A stretch of DNA of 64,000 bases, from NCBI RefSeq assembly GCF_017983795.1, contig NZ_JAGOAS010000003.1; one strand, written 5' to 3'. The notes under the pieces were generated by a model, which worked only from the letters and a program-made list of their open reading frames with translations, had not been told where the DNA came from and did no database searches. This document shows positions 18,787 to 29,522 of this stretch, piece after piece. This stretch comes from Piscinibacter sp. (GTDB taxonomy: Bacteria > Pseudomonadota > Gammaproteobacteria > Burkholderiales > Burkholderiaceae_C). The translations under genes and the position numbers were made by a program. Each line of letters starts with the position of its first letter. Positions within the stretch are counted from its first letter, which is position 1.

Positions 18787-19653
18787 TCAGAGCCTCTCGA
18801 CGATGCGCATCGACAGATCGACCGCCTGCACGTTCTTGGTCAGCGCGCCCACCGAGATGCGGTCCACGCCGGTGGCGGCGATGTCGCGCAGCTGCTCGAG
18901 CTGCACGCCGCCCGACACCTCCAGCTCGGCGCGCCCGGCGTTGAGCGCCACGGCCTCGCGCATGGCAGCAAGCTCGAAGTTGTCGAGCAGGACGCTCGTG
19001 GCGCCGCATTCGAGCGCCTCCTTCAGCTGGGCCAGCGTCTCGACCTCGATCTGGATCTCCACGCCGGCGTTTAGCGCACGCGCCTGTGCCAGCACCTGCG
19101 CGATGCCGCCGGCCGCGGCGATGTGGTTCTCCTTGACCAGGATGCCGTGCCACAGCGCGAGGCGCTGGTTGCGTCCGCCGCCCACGCGCACCGCGTATTT
19201 CTGCGCCTGGCGCAGCCCGGGCAGGGTCTTGCGGGTGTCGAGGATGGCGCAGCCCTTGGGGTTCGGCGAAGCGCCGGCGATCGCGTCGACATGGCGCCGC
19301 GTCAGCGTGGCGGTGGCCGAGAGCAGTTGCAGGAAGTTCAGCGCCGGCCGTTCGGCGGAGAGCAGCGCGCGGGCGTTGGCTTCGATCTCGCACAGCGTCG
19401 CGCCGGCCTTCACGCGTTCGCCTTCCTTCGCCTGCCAGGCAATGCGTGCCGCGGCGTCCAGCGCATGCACGGTGCCGTCGAACCAGTCGCGCCCGCACAG
19501 CACGGCATCCTCGCGCACGATCACGCGCGAACGCACGCGCTGCGTGGCGGGCACGAGCAGGGCAGTCCAGTCGCAGCGACCGATGTCCTCGAGCAGCGCG
19601 TCGCGGATGTTGCGCTCGCGCGCCTGTTCCAGCGTTTCGTTGAAGTCGAACAT
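18787..19653 (-). CDS. nadC: Nicotinate-nucleotide diphosphorylase (carboxylating)
   Basis: ILDTRKTLPGLR, KYAVRVGGGRNQRLAL, ILVKENH and VSGGV. The start lies 2 nt after the nadA stop. Confidence 0.95.
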   Translation of the reverse strand: MFDFNETLEQARERNIRDALLEDIGRCDWTALLVPATQRVRSRVIVREDAVLCGRDWFDGTVHALDAAARIAWQAKEGERVKAGATLCEIEANARALLSAERPALNFLQLLSATATLTRRHVDAIAGASPNPKGCAILDTRKTLPGLRQAQKYAVRVGGGRNQRLALWHGILVKENHIAAAGGIAQVLAQARALNAGVEIQIEVETLAQLKEALECGATSVLLDNFELAAMREAVALNAGRAELEVSGGVQLEQLRDIAATGVDRISVGALTKNVQAVDLSMRIVERL

Positions 19654-19655
19654 GC

Positions 19656-20762
19656 TCAGGCGGGCCCAATGTGGCGGACGAAGCCGGTCTTGCTGATGCT
19701 GCCGGGATGCTTGGCGGTGAAGTCGAGCATGCGTTCGATACAGCCCAGCGCCTGCGCGCGGATGCCTGCCTCGACGTGGATCTCGCCGCTGCCGCTCTCG
19801 AGCGCGTGCACCACACCCTGCAGGCCGTTCATCGCCATCCACGGGCAGTGCGCGCAGCTCTTGCACGTCGCGCTGCGGCCGGCGGTGGGCGCTTCCAGCA
19901 GCGTCTTGCCGGGCGCGAGCTGGCGCATGCGGTGCATCAGGCCGTTGTCGGTGGCGACGATGAAGGCCGGCGCGTCCATGGTCAGCACCGCATTGAGGAT
20001 CTGCGTCGTCGAGCCCACCATGTCGGCCTGCTCGATCACGCTCTGGGGCGACTCGGGATGCACCAGCACCTTGGCGCCCGGATGCTCGCGGCGCAGCAGG
20101 TCGAGCTCCAGGCCCTTGAATTCGTCGTGCACGATGCACTCGCCGTGCCAGCACAGCATGTCGGCGCCGGTCTGCTCCTGGATGTAGCGGCCGAGGTGGC
20201 GATCCGGCGCCCACAGGATCTTCTCGCCGCGCGCCTTCAGGTGCTCGACGATCGCCAGCGCACAGGAGCTCGTCACCATCCAGTCGGCACGCGCCTTCAC
20301 CGCCGCGCTAGTGTTGGCGTACACGACCACGGTGCGATCCGGGTGGGCGTCGCAGAAGGCGGCGAACTGGTCGGGCGGGCAGCCGAGGTCGAGCGAGCAG
20401 GTCGCGTCGAGGTCGGGCATCAGCACGCGCTTGTCGGGCGAGAGGATCTTGGCCGATTCGCCCATGAAGCGCACGCCGGCCACCACCAGCGTCTTGGCCG
20501 CATGGTCACGCCCGAAGCGCGCCATCTCCAGCGAGTCGGCGACGATGCCGCCGGTCTCGAGCGCGAGATCCTGCAGGTCGCCGTCGACGTAGTAGTGCGC
20601 CACCAGCACCGCGCCCTGCCGCTTCAGCAGCGCGGCGGCGCGCGCCTTCCATTCGCGGCGCTCGTCGGGCGTGAGCGCCGCGGGCACCTTGGCCCAGGCG
20701 TGCGCGGTGCAGCTGCCGCCGCTGGCGTCCTGCCGCGTGTAGTCGTAGAGAACTTGACTCAT
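19656..20762 (-). CDS. nadA: Quinolinate synthase
   Basis: 368 aa, with [29 protein letters not shown]-like repeats and CAHCPWM. Confidence 0.95.
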   Translation of the reverse strand: MSQVLYDYTRQDASGGSCTAHAWAKVPAALTPDERREWKARAAALLKRQGAVLVAHYYVDGDLQDLALETGGIVADSLEMARFGRDHAAKTLVVAGVRFMGESAKILSPDKRVLMPDLDATCSLDLGCPPDQFAAFCDAHPDRTVVVYANTSAAVKARADWMVTSSCALAIVEHLKARGEKILWAPDRHLGRYIQEQTGADMLCWHGECIVHDEFKGLELDLLRREHPGAKVLVHPESPQSVIEQADMVGSTTQILNAVLTMDAPAFIVATDNGLMHRMRQLAPGKTLLEAPTAGRSATCKSCAHCPWMAMNGLQGVVHALESGSGEIHVEAGIRAQALGCIERMLDFTAKHPGSISKTGFVRHIGPA

Positions 20763-20783
20763 GCGGCGATGTTAGCCGGCCGC

Positions 20784-22043
20784 TCAGAGCAGGGCTTTGT
20801 CGAGCTCCAGCAGCTTGTAGCGCGCCAGCGGCAGGTTGGTGCGCTGGCGGTCGAGCAGGCAGACGACGAAGATGTCGGGGTAGCGCGAGATCACGCGCAT
20901 CACCATCTGCCGCGCGCTCGTGCCGGTCATGATTTCCTCGACCGGGCCGCCCAGGCCCATCGCGCCGGAGCTCTGGCGGTGCTCGCGCAGGATCTGCGAA
21001 CAGGCGGCGCCGATCACGTCCATGTCGACCGGCTGGTCTTCGCGCAGCTCGCGCGCGAGCACCAAGCCGGTGGTGGCGTCCACCGCCGCGCAGCCGAGCA
21101 TGCCTTCCATCGGCAGCATGTCGACCAGCGCCTGGCGCGCCCGCGCGGGGTCGAGCACGGCGCGGCCGAGGCGCGCCACCGGCGCGGCCGCGACGGCCAC
21201 GCCGGGTTGCGGCGTGGTCGACAGGTCGGCCACCTTGAAGGCGAACTCCGCGCCCGCCGGTGCCGCGGGCGCTTCCCAGGCCGGCTGCAGCTTGACGAGG
21301 TTCCAGATGCCCAGCATCGCGTTCCACACCGCCGAGGCGCTGATCAGCGGCTCGTCGATCACGTGCACGTGCAGGCGCTGCGGCCAGTGTGTCGCGGCGA
21401 TCTTGTTGGCGATCCACACCGCGTTGGGCGGCAGCATGAACAGCAGATTCGGGCAGCGCCAGCCGGGCAGTTGCGTCGCCTCGGCCAGCGAAGCGAGCAG
21501 CGCGTCGATCGCATGCGGCTGCATCGGGCCGACGATCACTGCGGTGAGGTGGCTGCGCTCCATCAGCGCCACCGGGATCTCGGCGGTGTCCTGCCCCGGG
21601 GCGCGCACGTCGGCGTGGTAGAGGTTGAGCTTCTCCTCGTGGCGGCGCACGAGGGCGGTGCGCTCGATCATCGCCAGGGTCTTGAGCGTGGTGTGCTCGC
21701 GCAGGTGCAGGCGCTCCACCGGCTGCCCGCCGGCGTCCGACAGCGCCTTGATGACGGCCGAGGCCCACACGCCGGTCGGGTCGAGCAGCGTGATCTGGCG
21801 CGTGGCCGTGCCGAGATCGGCGCGCGTGGCGGCGAAGTGCTCGCGGATGGCCGCCGCCGGCGAGCCAGTGACGACCAGGTCGCGCAGATGGCGGTCGACG
21901 ATCTGGCCGCGCTCGTTGACCTCGGTGGCCACGCTCTCGAGGATGGCGGTGGCCGCGAAGCCGCCGTCGGTCTCGTCGGCGGTGGCGGCGCGCAGTCGCG
22001 GGTCTTCGGCCGGGCCGAGATCGCCGAACAGGGACTTGAGCAT
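20784..22043 (-). CDS. Conserved hypothetical protein; the C-terminal roughly 110 aa are Roadblock/LC7 (MglB)-like
   Basis: A 419-aa ORF with normal coding-like composition, 21 nt upstream of nadA on the same strand. I do not recognise the N-terminal roughly 270 aa. The C-terminus (GMLGCAAVDATTGLVLA...IFVVCLLDRQRTNLPLARYKL) looks like a Roadblock/LC7 fold. The domain call is tentative. Confidence 0.55.
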   Translation of the reverse strand: MLKSLFGDLGPAEDPRLRAATADETDGGFAATAILESVATEVNERGQIVDRHLRDLVVTGSPAAAIREHFAATRADLGTATRQITLLDPTGVWASAVIKALSDAGGQPVERLHLREHTTLKTLAMIERTALVRRHEEKLNLYHADVRAPGQDTAEIPVALMERSHLTAVIVGPMQPHAIDALLASLAEATQLPGWRCPNLLFMLPPNAVWIANKIAATHWPQRLHVHVIDEPLISASAVWNAMLGIWNLVKLQPAWEAPAAPAGAEFAFKVADLSTTPQPGVAVAAAPVARLGRAVLDPARARQALVDMLPMEGMLGCAAVDATTGLVLARELREDQPVDMDVIGAACSQILREHRQSSGAMGLGGPVEEIMTGTSARQMVMRVISRYPDIFVVCLLDRQRTNLPLARYKLLELDKALL

Positions 22044-22197
22044 GGTCTTCCTCCGGGGCCGGGGGCGCGGACCGCGCCACCGCTCAGCCTACGTGCAAGG
22101 GCAACTGCCGATTCTCGCGGCAGATGGAAGAGGTGTTGCAGAACGTGTGTCGCCCGCGCGCCACCAGCCCCGCGAGCCGGGGGGGCGGCGCCGGGGT

Positions 22198-23022
22198 TCA
22201 GGCAAAGAACTGCGTCGGCGGTGCGCCCAGCGTGCGCCGCACCATGGCCGTGAAGGCGCTCGCGCTGGCATAGCCGAGCTCGGCGGCGATGGTGGCCATC
22301 GGCAGCTTGCGCGCCGCCAGGGTCACCGCGTGCGAGAGGAGCACCTGCTGGCGCCACTGCACGAAGCTCGTGCCCAGCTCGCTGCGGAACAGGCGCGCCA
22401 GCGTGCGCGGGCTGGCGCCGACCTCGCGCGACCATTGCTCCAGCGTGCTCCAGCGCGCCGGCGCCTCCAGCACCGCCTCGCAGAGCTGGCGCAGGCGCTT
22501 GTCGTCGGGCAGCGCGATGCCCAGGCGCACCGGCGCCGCACGGCGCAGTTCGTCGAGGATGAGCGCGGCCAGGCAGGCCTCGCGCTCGTCGGCGCTGCCG
22601 CTGCCCGGCGCCGTGTCGAGGTGCGCCACCAGCTCGCGCAGCAGCGGCGACACCTCCAGCACGCGGCACTCGGGCCAGCGCTGGAAGGGCGTCTCGCCCT
22701 CGGCGCCGAGGAAGCGCGCGCTCGGGTGCACGTAGAGGGTGCGGATCTCGGCGTCCTCGACCACCGTGACCACATGCTCCACGCCGGGCGGGATCCACAG
22801 CGCGCGCGTCGGCGGCACGAGGTAGGTGTTGCGCCCGGCCTGCATGCGGATCACCCCGGTGGCCGACATCGCCACCTGCGCCCACGGGTGGCTGTGCGGC
22901 TCGATCCGCGTCGCCGCTGCCAGCCGGCGCAGCTTGGCGCGCAGCGGCCGGGTCGGCGTGGGCGAGAAGGCCAGCGGCTCGATCGGCGGCACGCTGGTGC
23001 GGCGCTTGCGGGTGGCGGGCAT
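22198..23022 (-). CDS. AraC family transcriptional regulator (cupin N-terminus plus HTH)
   Basis: HSHPWAQV cupin-like N-terminus and a C-terminal AraC HTH (SPRTLARLFRSELGTSFVQWRQQVLL...IAAELGYASASAFTAMVRR). Confidence 0.85.
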   Translation of the reverse strand: MPATRKRRTSVPPIEPLAFSPTPTRPLRAKLRRLAAATRIEPHSHPWAQVAMSATGVIRMQAGRNTYLVPPTRALWIPPGVEHVVTVVEDAEIRTLYVHPSARFLGAEGETPFQRWPECRVLEVSPLLRELVAHLDTAPGSGSADEREACLAALILDELRRAAPVRLGIALPDDKRLRQLCEAVLEAPARWSTLEQWSREVGASPRTLARLFRSELGTSFVQWRQQVLLSHAVTLAARKLPMATIAAELGYASASAFTAMVRRTLGAPPTQFFA

Positions 23023-23092
23023 TGGCGCGATCTCGACAGAACTTGGCCTTCTATCGTAACTGCGCCGCGCGCCGCGCGCCTACAGTGCAGCG

Positions 23093-24343
23093 ATGACTGC
23101 TGCCGCCCCGACCCTGCGCGACGACGCCCGCACCATCGGCCTCATCGGCCTGGCGCACGGCACCTCGCACTTCTTCCACATGCTGCTGCCGCCGCTGTTC
23201 CCGCTGTTCATCCGCGACTTCGGGCTCAGCTACTCCGAACTCGGCCTGCTGGTCAGCACCTTCTTCGTGATCTCGGGCATCGGCCAGGCGCTGGCCGGCT
23301 TCCTGGTCGACCGCGTCGGTGCGCGGCCGGTGCTGTTCGCGGCGCTGTCCTGCTTCGTGCTCGCCGCGCTGGCGGCGGCCAGCGCTCAGGGCTATGCCGG
23401 GCTGATGCTGGCGGCGGCGCTGGCCGGCCTGGGCAACTCGCCCTTCCACCCGGTCGACTTCACCATCCTCAACAAGCGCGTCTCGCAGCCGCGCCTGGGC
23501 CATGCCTTCTCGGTGCACGGCATCTCGGGCAACCTCGGCTGGGCGGCGGCGCCGGTCTTCATGGCAGCCATCACGGCCGCCACCGGCTCGTGGCGCTGGG
23601 CCGCGGGCGGCGCGGGGCTGTGGGCGCTGATCGTGCTGGCGACGATGCTGCTCAACCGCCACGCCATCGACGACCGCTCGGTGAGCTGGCCGCATGCCGG
23701 CGCCGCCAAGAGCGCGGCCGGCGCGAGCGCCGAACACCCGCTCGCCTTCCTGCGCCTGCCCTCGGTGTGGCTGTGCTTCTCGTTCTTCTTCTGGTCGACC
23801 TGTGCGCTCTCGGCGGTGCAGAGCTTCGCCGGCCCGGCGCTGGGCAAGCTGCACGACCTGCCGCTGGCCGTGACCTCCTTCGTCGTCACCGGCTTCATGC
23901 TGTGCGGCGCGGCGGGCATGGTGGTGGGCGGCTTCCTCGCCGCGCGCGGCGAGCGCCTCGAGCGCACCATCGGCGCCTGCCTGCTCGGCGCGGCGCTGCT
24001 GCTCTTCCTCGCCAGCCTGCCGGCGCTGCCGGGCCTGCTGGCCGCGGCGGTGGCGGCGCTGGCCGGCTTCGGCACCGGGCTGGCCGGCCCCTCGCGCGAC
24101 ATGCTGATCAAGCGCGCCGCGCCGCCGGGCGCCACCGGGCGCGTCTACGGCACGGTGTATTCGGGGCTGGATCTGGGCTTCGCGCTGGCTGCGCCGGCAT
24201 TCGGCGCCATCCTCGACAGCGGCTCGCCCTCGGGCGTCTTCGTCGGCGCCTCGCTGGCGCTGGTCGGCGGCGTGGTGTCGGCCGCGCTGGTGGGCGCGCG
24301 GGTCGCGAGGGCGCGGCCGGCCGCGGCGAAAATGGCCGCATGA
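23093..24343 (+). CDS. MFS transporter
   Basis: 416 aa and multi-TM, with an MFS motif A-like segment (GFLVDRVGARPVL). It is divergent from the AraC gene. Confidence 0.85.
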   Translation: MTAAAPTLRDDARTIGLIGLAHGTSHFFHMLLPPLFPLFIRDFGLSYSELGLLVSTFFVISGIGQALAGFLVDRVGARPVLFAALSCFVLAALAAASAQGYAGLMLAAALAGLGNSPFHPVDFTILNKRVSQPRLGHAFSVHGISGNLGWAAAPVFMAAITAATGSWRWAAGGAGLWALIVLATMLLNRHAIDDRSVSWPHAGAAKSAAGASAEHPLAFLRLPSVWLCFSFFFWSTCALSAVQSFAGPALGKLHDLPLAVTSFVVTGFMLCGAAGMVVGGFLAARGERLERTIGACLLGAALLLFLASLPALPGLLAAAVAALAGFGTGLAGPSRDMLIKRAAPPGATGRVYGTVYSGLDLGFALAAPAFGAILDSGSPSGVFVGASLALVGGVVSAALVGARVARARPAAAKMAA

Positions 24344-26055
24344 CAGCGCCATCGCGAATTGCAGGCCATCTTCTCGTCGAAGCACTGATCGCCCAGGGCA
24401 TCGACACGGTCTTCGGCGTTCCCGGCGAGAGCTACCTCGCCGTGCTCGACGGCTTCCACGAGCACCGCGAGCGCATCCGCTTCGTCGCCTGCCGCCAGGA
24501 AGGCGGCGCGGCCTTCATGGCCGAGGCGCAGGGCAAGCTGAGCGGGCGCCCCGGCATCTGCTTCGTGACGCGCGGGCCGGGCGCCACCAATGCCAGCATC
24601 GGCCTGCACACTGCTTTTCAGGACAGCACGCCGATGATCCTGTTCGTCGGCCAGGTGGCCAGCGACCAGCGCGACCGCGAGGCCTTCCAGGAACTCGACT
24701 ACCGCCAGGTATTCGGCCCCGGCACGCTGGGCATGGCCAAGTGGGTGGGCGAGGTGCAGAGCGCCGATCGGCTGCCCGAGTACGTGGCGCGCGCCTTCCA
24801 CACCGCGCTGCAGGGCCGCCCCGGGCCGGTGGTGATCGTGCTGCCCGAAGACCTGCTGACCACGCCCACGGCTGCGCCGGTGCTGCCGCGCGTCGCGCCG
24901 GCCCAGGCCTGGCCCGCACCCGGCCCCTTGCGTGACCTGCGCGCGATGCTGGTGGCGGCGCAGCGCCCCTTCGTGATCGCTGGTGGCGGCGGCTGGGACG
25001 CCGAGGGCGCCCGCGCGCTGCAGCGCTTCGCCGAGAACTGGCAGCTGCCGGTGGGCTGCGGCTTCCGCTTCCAGGACACGTTCGACAACCACCACCCGCT
25101 CTATGCGGGCGACGTCGGCATCGCCATCAATCCGAAGCTGGCCGCGCGCGTGCGCGAGGCCGACCTGGTGATCGCGCTGGGCGTGCGCCTGGGCGAGATG
25201 ACCACCGGCGGCTACACGCTGCTGGACGCACCGCGGCCGCGGCAGAAGCTGGTGCACCTCCATGCCGGCGCGGAGGAACTCGGCCGCGTCTATGCGGCCG
25301 ATCTGCTGCTGCAGGCCTCGGTGAACAACGCCGCCAAGGCGCTGGAGTCGCTCGCCGCGCCGCCGCAGCTCGCCTGGCGCGCCTGGAGCGAAGCCGCGGC
25401 CGCCGACTTCGCCGCCAACCGCGTGCCGCAGCCGGTGGAGCCGCTCGACATGGCCCAGGTGATGCTCACGCTCGAGCGCCTCGTGCCCGAGAACAGCGTC
25501 TTCACCAACGGCGCCGGCAACTACAGCGGCTGGCTGCACCGCTATGTGCGCTACCGCGGCCTGCAGCATCACGGCCGCACTCAGCTCGCGCCGACCTCGG
25601 GCGCGATGGGCTACGGCGTGCCGGCGGCCATCGCGGCGTCGTTGCTGTACCCGGATCGCACCGTGATCAACGTCGCCGGCGATGGCGACTTCCTCATGAC
25701 CGGCCAGGAACTCGCGACCGCCACCGGCTATGGTGCCGGCCGCGGCGCGGGCAAGCTGATCAGCCTGGTGGTCGACAACGGCAGCTACGGCACCATCCGC
25801 ATGCACCAGGAGCGCGAGTTTCCGGGGCGGGTGTCGGGCAGCGATCTGTTCAACCCGGACTTCGCTGCGCTCGCGCGCGCCTATGGCTGGAACGCGAGCA
25901 AGGTGGAGCGCACGGCACAGTTCGAGCCGGCCTTGCGCGAGGCGCTCTCCGCTTCGGGCCCCACGTTGATCCACCTGAAGCTGGATACCGACGTCAGCAC
26001 CACGCGCACCACGCTCGCCGCGATCCGTGAGGCCGCGCTCAAGCGCTCCGCTTGA
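24340..26055 (+). CDS. Thiamine pyrophosphate-binding enzyme (acetolactate synthase large subunit-like)
   Basis: IDTVFGVPGESYL, FVTRGPGATNA and the TPP motif GDGDFLMTGQEL...NGSYGTI. The start ATG 24340 overlaps the MFS stop (ATGA). Confidence 0.85.
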   Translation: MTAPSRIAGHLLVEALIAQGIDTVFGVPGESYLAVLDGFHEHRERIRFVACRQEGGAAFMAEAQGKLSGRPGICFVTRGPGATNASIGLHTAFQDSTPMILFVGQVASDQRDREAFQELDYRQVFGPGTLGMAKWVGEVQSADRLPEYVARAFHTALQGRPGPVVIVLPEDLLTTPTAAPVLPRVAPAQAWPAPGPLRDLRAMLVAAQRPFVIAGGGGWDAEGARALQRFAENWQLPVGCGFRFQDTFDNHHPLYAGDVGIAINPKLAARVREADLVIALGVRLGEMTTGGYTLLDAPRPRQKLVHLHAGAEELGRVYAADLLLQASVNNAAKALESLAAPPQLAWRAWSEAAAADFAANRVPQPVEPLDMAQVMLTLERLVPENSVFTNGAGNYSGWLHRYVRYRGLQHHGRTQLAPTSGAMGYGVPAAIAASLLYPDRTVINVAGDGDFLMTGQELATATGYGAGRGAGKLISLVVDNGSYGTIRMHQEREFPGRVSGSDLFNPDFAALARAYGWNASKVERTAQFEPALREALSASGPTLIHLKLDTDVSTTRTTLAAIREAALKRSA

Positions 26056-26953
26056 GCGCGGCGCCGCGCAGCATCAGCACCACGCCCACCAGCACCACGC
26101 CGGCAGCGGCCCATTCGAAGCCGCTGACCGCCTCGCCCAGCACGGCCACGCCGAGCAGCATCGCGATCACCGGGTTGACGAAGGTGTAGCTCGAGGCCAG
26201 CCCGGCGCTGGCGTGCGCGAGCAGCACCATGTAAGCGTTGAAGGCGAGCAGCGAGCCGGCCACGACCAGGTAGAACCAGGCCGCCACGGCGGCCGGCTGC
26301 GGCGGCCACTGCGGCGCTTCGCCGGTGAACCACGACAAGGCCATCAGCACCGCGCCGCCGGCGAGCATCTCGCTGGCGAAGCCGGTGGCGCCGGGCGCGA
26401 GCGGCAGGCTGCGCTGGCTCAGCACGCTGCCCACCGACCAGGTCAGGCAGGCGATCGCGATGGCGGCCAGCCCCGCGGGCGAAGCCTGGAAGCCCGCACC
26501 CTGCGTCAGCATCAGCACGCCGGCGAGACCGACGACGATGCCGGCCAGTTCCAGCCGCCCGGGCTTGACGCCCCAGATCAGGTTGAGCGCCGCGATCATC
26601 AGCGGCACCACCGCGATGAAGGCCACCACCAGGCCCGAGCCGACGCTGGTCTCGGCCACTGCGGTGCCGCCCATGCCGCCGCCCAGCATCAGCGTGCCGA
26701 TGATCAAGGCATTGCGCCACTGCCTGCGCGTCGGCCAGGCGGCGCCGCGCCAGCGCATCCAGGCCATCAGCAGCGCGCCGGCGGCGAGGAAGCGCGTGCC
26801 CATCTGGAAGAAGGGCGGAAAGCTCGCGAGCGCGAACTTGATGGCGAGGTAGGTCGAGCCCCAGATCAGCCAGGTGGCGGCGAGGCACAGCAGCAGCAGG
26901 GTCGGGAGCGCCGGCGCGCGGCCCGCATTCACGGTGAGGGTGGGCGAGGACAT
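26039..26953 (-). CDS. EamA/DMT family transporter
   Basis: 304 aa, about 10 TM, with WGSTYLAIKFAL. It makes a 17-nt convergent overlap with the TPP enzyme gene. Confidence 0.85.
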   Translation of the reverse strand: MSSPTLTVNAGRAPALPTLLLLCLAATWLIWGSTYLAIKFALASFPPFFQMGTRFLAAGALLMAWMRWRGAAWPTRRQWRNALIIGTLMLGGGMGGTAVAETSVGSGLVVAFIAVVPLMIAALNLIWGVKPGRLELAGIVVGLAGVLMLTQGAGFQASPAGLAAIAIACLTWSVGSVLSQRSLPLAPGATGFASEMLAGGAVLMALSWFTGEAPQWPPQPAAVAAWFYLVVAGSLLAFNAYMVLLAHASAGLASSYTFVNPVIAMLLGVAVLGEAVSGFEWAAAGVVLVGVVLMLRGAALKRSA

Positions 26954-27047
26954 GGGCTGAATCGTATGAAAGCGGCCTGCGGCTCGCCATGGCCGGATGA
27001 AGTTCTTGCGGCCACAATCAACACGACTTTCAAGGAGATCGCAGCCC

Positions 27048-27539
27048 ATGACCTTGAACTTCGAACTCGACGCCCACGACACCCGCATCCTCGCCGAACT
27101 GCAGGCCGACGCCCGCCTGACCATGGCCGAACTCGGTCGCCGCGTGCACCTCTCGCAGCCGGCCGTCACCGAGCGCGTGCGCAAGCTCGAAGCGGCCGGC
27201 GTCATCACCGGCTACCGCGCCACGGTCGATCTGGGCCGGCTCGGCTACGGCATCCGCGCGCTGATCCGCATCGGCCGCGCCGAGTACGCACGCGTGGTCA
27301 AGCTGATCCAGCAGACGCCCGAGTGCATCAATGCCTACAACGTCACCGGCGAAGACAGCTGGGTGCTGGAGATTGCCGTCATCGACGTGGCGCACCTCGA
27401 TGCGGTGGTGAGCAAGTTCTGCATCCTCACCGAGACCGCCACCTCCATCGTCCTCAACCCCGCTCGCGAGCACCAGGCGATGCTGCCGCCGCGCCGCGAG
27501 GACGTAAAACCTCCCATCAGGAAAGTGACCCACGCATGA
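27048..27539 (+). CDS. Lrp/AsnC family transcriptional regulator
   Basis: LDAHDTRILAELQADARLTMAELGRRVHLSQPAVTERVRKLE. AAGGAGA lies 10 nt upstream of the ATG. It is divergent from the EamA gene. Confidence 0.9.
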   Translation: MTLNFELDAHDTRILAELQADARLTMAELGRRVHLSQPAVTERVRKLEAAGVITGYRATVDLGRLGYGIRALIRIGRAEYARVVKLIQQTPECINAYNVTGEDSWVLEIAVIDVAHLDAVVSKFCILTETATSIVLNPAREHQAMLPPRREDVKPPIRKVTHA

Positions 27540-28045
27540 GCACCACGACCGACTTCGCCACCTGCGACCTCTGCGATGCCCACAAGGCCGGCTATGCCGA
27601 AGGCGACGGGGCTTTGCGCGTGCTGCCGCCGGTATTCGCGAGCTACGGCGGCCGCCGCAAGTTCTGCGGCCCGGTGCTGACCGTCAAGTGCTTCGAGGAC
27701 AACTCGCCGGTGAAGGTCGCGCTCGAATCCCCCGGCGAGGGCCGCGTGCTCGTCGTCGACGGCGGCGGCTCGCTGCGCCGTGCGCTGATCGGCGGCAACA
27801 TCGCCGCTTCCGCCGCGAAGAACGGCTGGGCCGGCGTGGTGATCGACGGCGCGGCGCGCGACAAGGCCGAGCTCGCCGCTTGCGACGTGGGCATCCGCGC
27901 GCTCGCGCTCATGCCCATGCCCACCGACCGCAAGACGCCCGGCCAGACCGGCGTGCCGGTGCTGATCCAGGGCGTCTGGGTGCGGACGGGCGACTGGCTC
28001 TATGCCGACGAGGACGGCATCGTCGTGATGGCGGCCAGGGCTTAG
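27536..28045 (+). CDS. RraA family protein (RNase E regulator / HMG-aldolase family)
   Basis: [29 protein letters not shown] and [14 protein letters not shown]. The start overlaps the Lrp stop (ATGA). Confidence 0.85.
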   Translation: MSTTTDFATCDLCDAHKAGYAEGDGALRVLPPVFASYGGRRKFCGPVLTVKCFEDNSPVKVALESPGEGRVLVVDGGGSLRRALIGGNIAASAAKNGWAGVVIDGAARDKAELAACDVGIRALALMPMPTDRKTPGQTGVPVLIQGVWVRTGDWLYADEDGIVVMAARA

Positions 28046-29415
28046 GCCGGCACGGCGGGCAAGCCGGCGAGCGCCATCGCCAGCTCCTTCTCGTCGTAGG
28101 GCTGGTCGACCAGCTTGCCGGCCACGTAGTTGCTGTACGAGGCCATGTCGAAGTGGCCGTGGCCGCTGAGGTTGAAGACGATGGTCTCGCTGCGGCCCTC
28201 GCGCTTGCAGCGCAGCGCCTCCTCGATCGCCTGCTTGACGGCGTGGTTCGCCTCCGGCGCCGGCACGATGCCTTCGTTGCGCGCGAACAGCACGCCGGCC
28301 TCGAAGCAGGCGGTCTGGTGGTAGGCCGCGGCCTCGATCAGGTTCAGCTCCTTGAGGTGCGACACCAGCGGCGCCATGCCGTGGTAGCGCAAGCCCCCGG
28401 CGTGGAAGCCCGGCGGCGTGAAGGTGCTGCCCAGCGTGTGCATCTTGGTCAGCGGCGTGAGGTGCGCGGTGTCGCCGAAGTCGTAGGCGTACTTGCCGCG
28501 CGTGAGGCTCGGGCAGGCGGCCGGTTCCACCGCGACGATGCGGCGCTTCTTCGCCTTGGCGCCGCCGCGCAGCTGCAGGCCGAGGAAGGGGAAGGCCAGG
28601 CCGGCGAAGTTGCTGCCGCCGCCGGTGCAGCCGATCACGACGTCGGGGTCGTCACCGGCCATCTCGAACTGCTGGATCGCTTCCAGGCCGATGATGGTCT
28701 GGTGCATCAGCACGTGGTTGAGCACCGAGCCGAGCGCGTATTTGGTGTCGTCGTGCGTCGCCGCCACCTCGACGGCTTCCGAGATGGCGATGCCCAGCGA
28801 GCCGGGGTGCTCGGGGTTCTGCGCCAGGATGGCGCGGCCCGAGTTCGTCTCCTTCGACGGGCTGGCGATGCAGCGCGCGCCGTAGGTTTCCATCAGCGCG
28901 CGGCGATAGGGCTTCTGGTCGTAGGAGATGCGCACCTGGAAGACGGTGACGTCGATGCCGAACAGCGCGCCCGCGAAGGCCAGCGACGAGCCCCATTGGC
29001 CGGCGCCCGTCTCGGTGGCGATCTTCCTGATGCCGGCCTGGGCGTTGTACCAGGCCTGCGGCACCGCGGTGTTGGGCTTGTGCGAGCCGGCGGGTGAGAC
29101 GCCTTCGTACTTGTAGTAGATCTTGGCCGGCGTGCCGAGCGCCTTCTCGAGGCGGTGCGCGCGGATCAGCGGCGAGGGGCGCCAGAGGCGGAACACCTCG
29201 CGCACCGGTTCGGGAATGGGCACTTCGCGCTCGGTGCTGACTTCCTGCAGGATCAGCTCCATCGGGAACAGCGGCGCCAGGTCGTCCGGGCCGACCGGCT
29301 GCATCGTGCCCGGGTGCAGCACCGGCGGCGCGGCCACGGGCAGGTCGGCGGCGATGTTGTACCAGTGCTTCGGCATCTTGCTCTCGTCGAGCAGGAACTT
29401 GGTGGGCGTGCTCAT
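28042..29415 (-). CDS. TrpB-like PLP-dependent enzyme (tryptophan synthase beta chain 2 type)
   Basis: [29 protein letters not shown] and [11 protein letters not shown], with a long TrpB2-type N-terminus ([13 protein letters not shown]). No trpA is adjacent. Confidence 0.85.
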   Translation of the reverse strand: MSTPTKFLLDESKMPKHWYNIAADLPVAAPPVLHPGTMQPVGPDDLAPLFPMELILQEVSTEREVPIPEPVREVFRLWRPSPLIRAHRLEKALGTPAKIYYKYEGVSPAGSHKPNTAVPQAWYNAQAGIRKIATETGAGQWGSSLAFAGALFGIDVTVFQVRISYDQKPYRRALMETYGARCIASPSKETNSGRAILAQNPEHPGSLGIAISEAVEVAATHDDTKYALGSVLNHVLMHQTIIGLEAIQQFEMAGDDPDVVIGCTGGGSNFAGLAFPFLGLQLRGGAKAKKRRIVAVEPAACPSLTRGKYAYDFGDTAHLTPLTKMHTLGSTFTPPGFHAGGLRYHGMAPLVSHLKELNLIEAAAYHQTACFEAGVLFARNEGIVPAPEANHAVKQAIEEALRCKREGRSETIVFNLSGHGHFDMASYSNYVAGKLVDQPYDEKELAMALAGLPAVPA

Positions 29416-29522
29416 GGTGGTTCTCTCTCCTGGTGGCGATTCGGGGTGCATCCTAGGGTGTGACGCGGCGGATACGGTCTGAGGTTTACCCCGTCGCCCA
29501 GGCTGCCAGAATCGACGGCCTG

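Noticed and set aside
19671-24339. Very long plus-strand ORFs (19671-22253, and the 5' part of 21625-26055) running antisense through nadA, the 419-aa gene and the AraC gene, and in an alternative frame across the MFS gene.
   Set aside because: Only the last 571 codons (from 24340) show TPP-enzyme motifs. The remainder is shadow reading frame antisense to, or out of frame with, well-supported genes.
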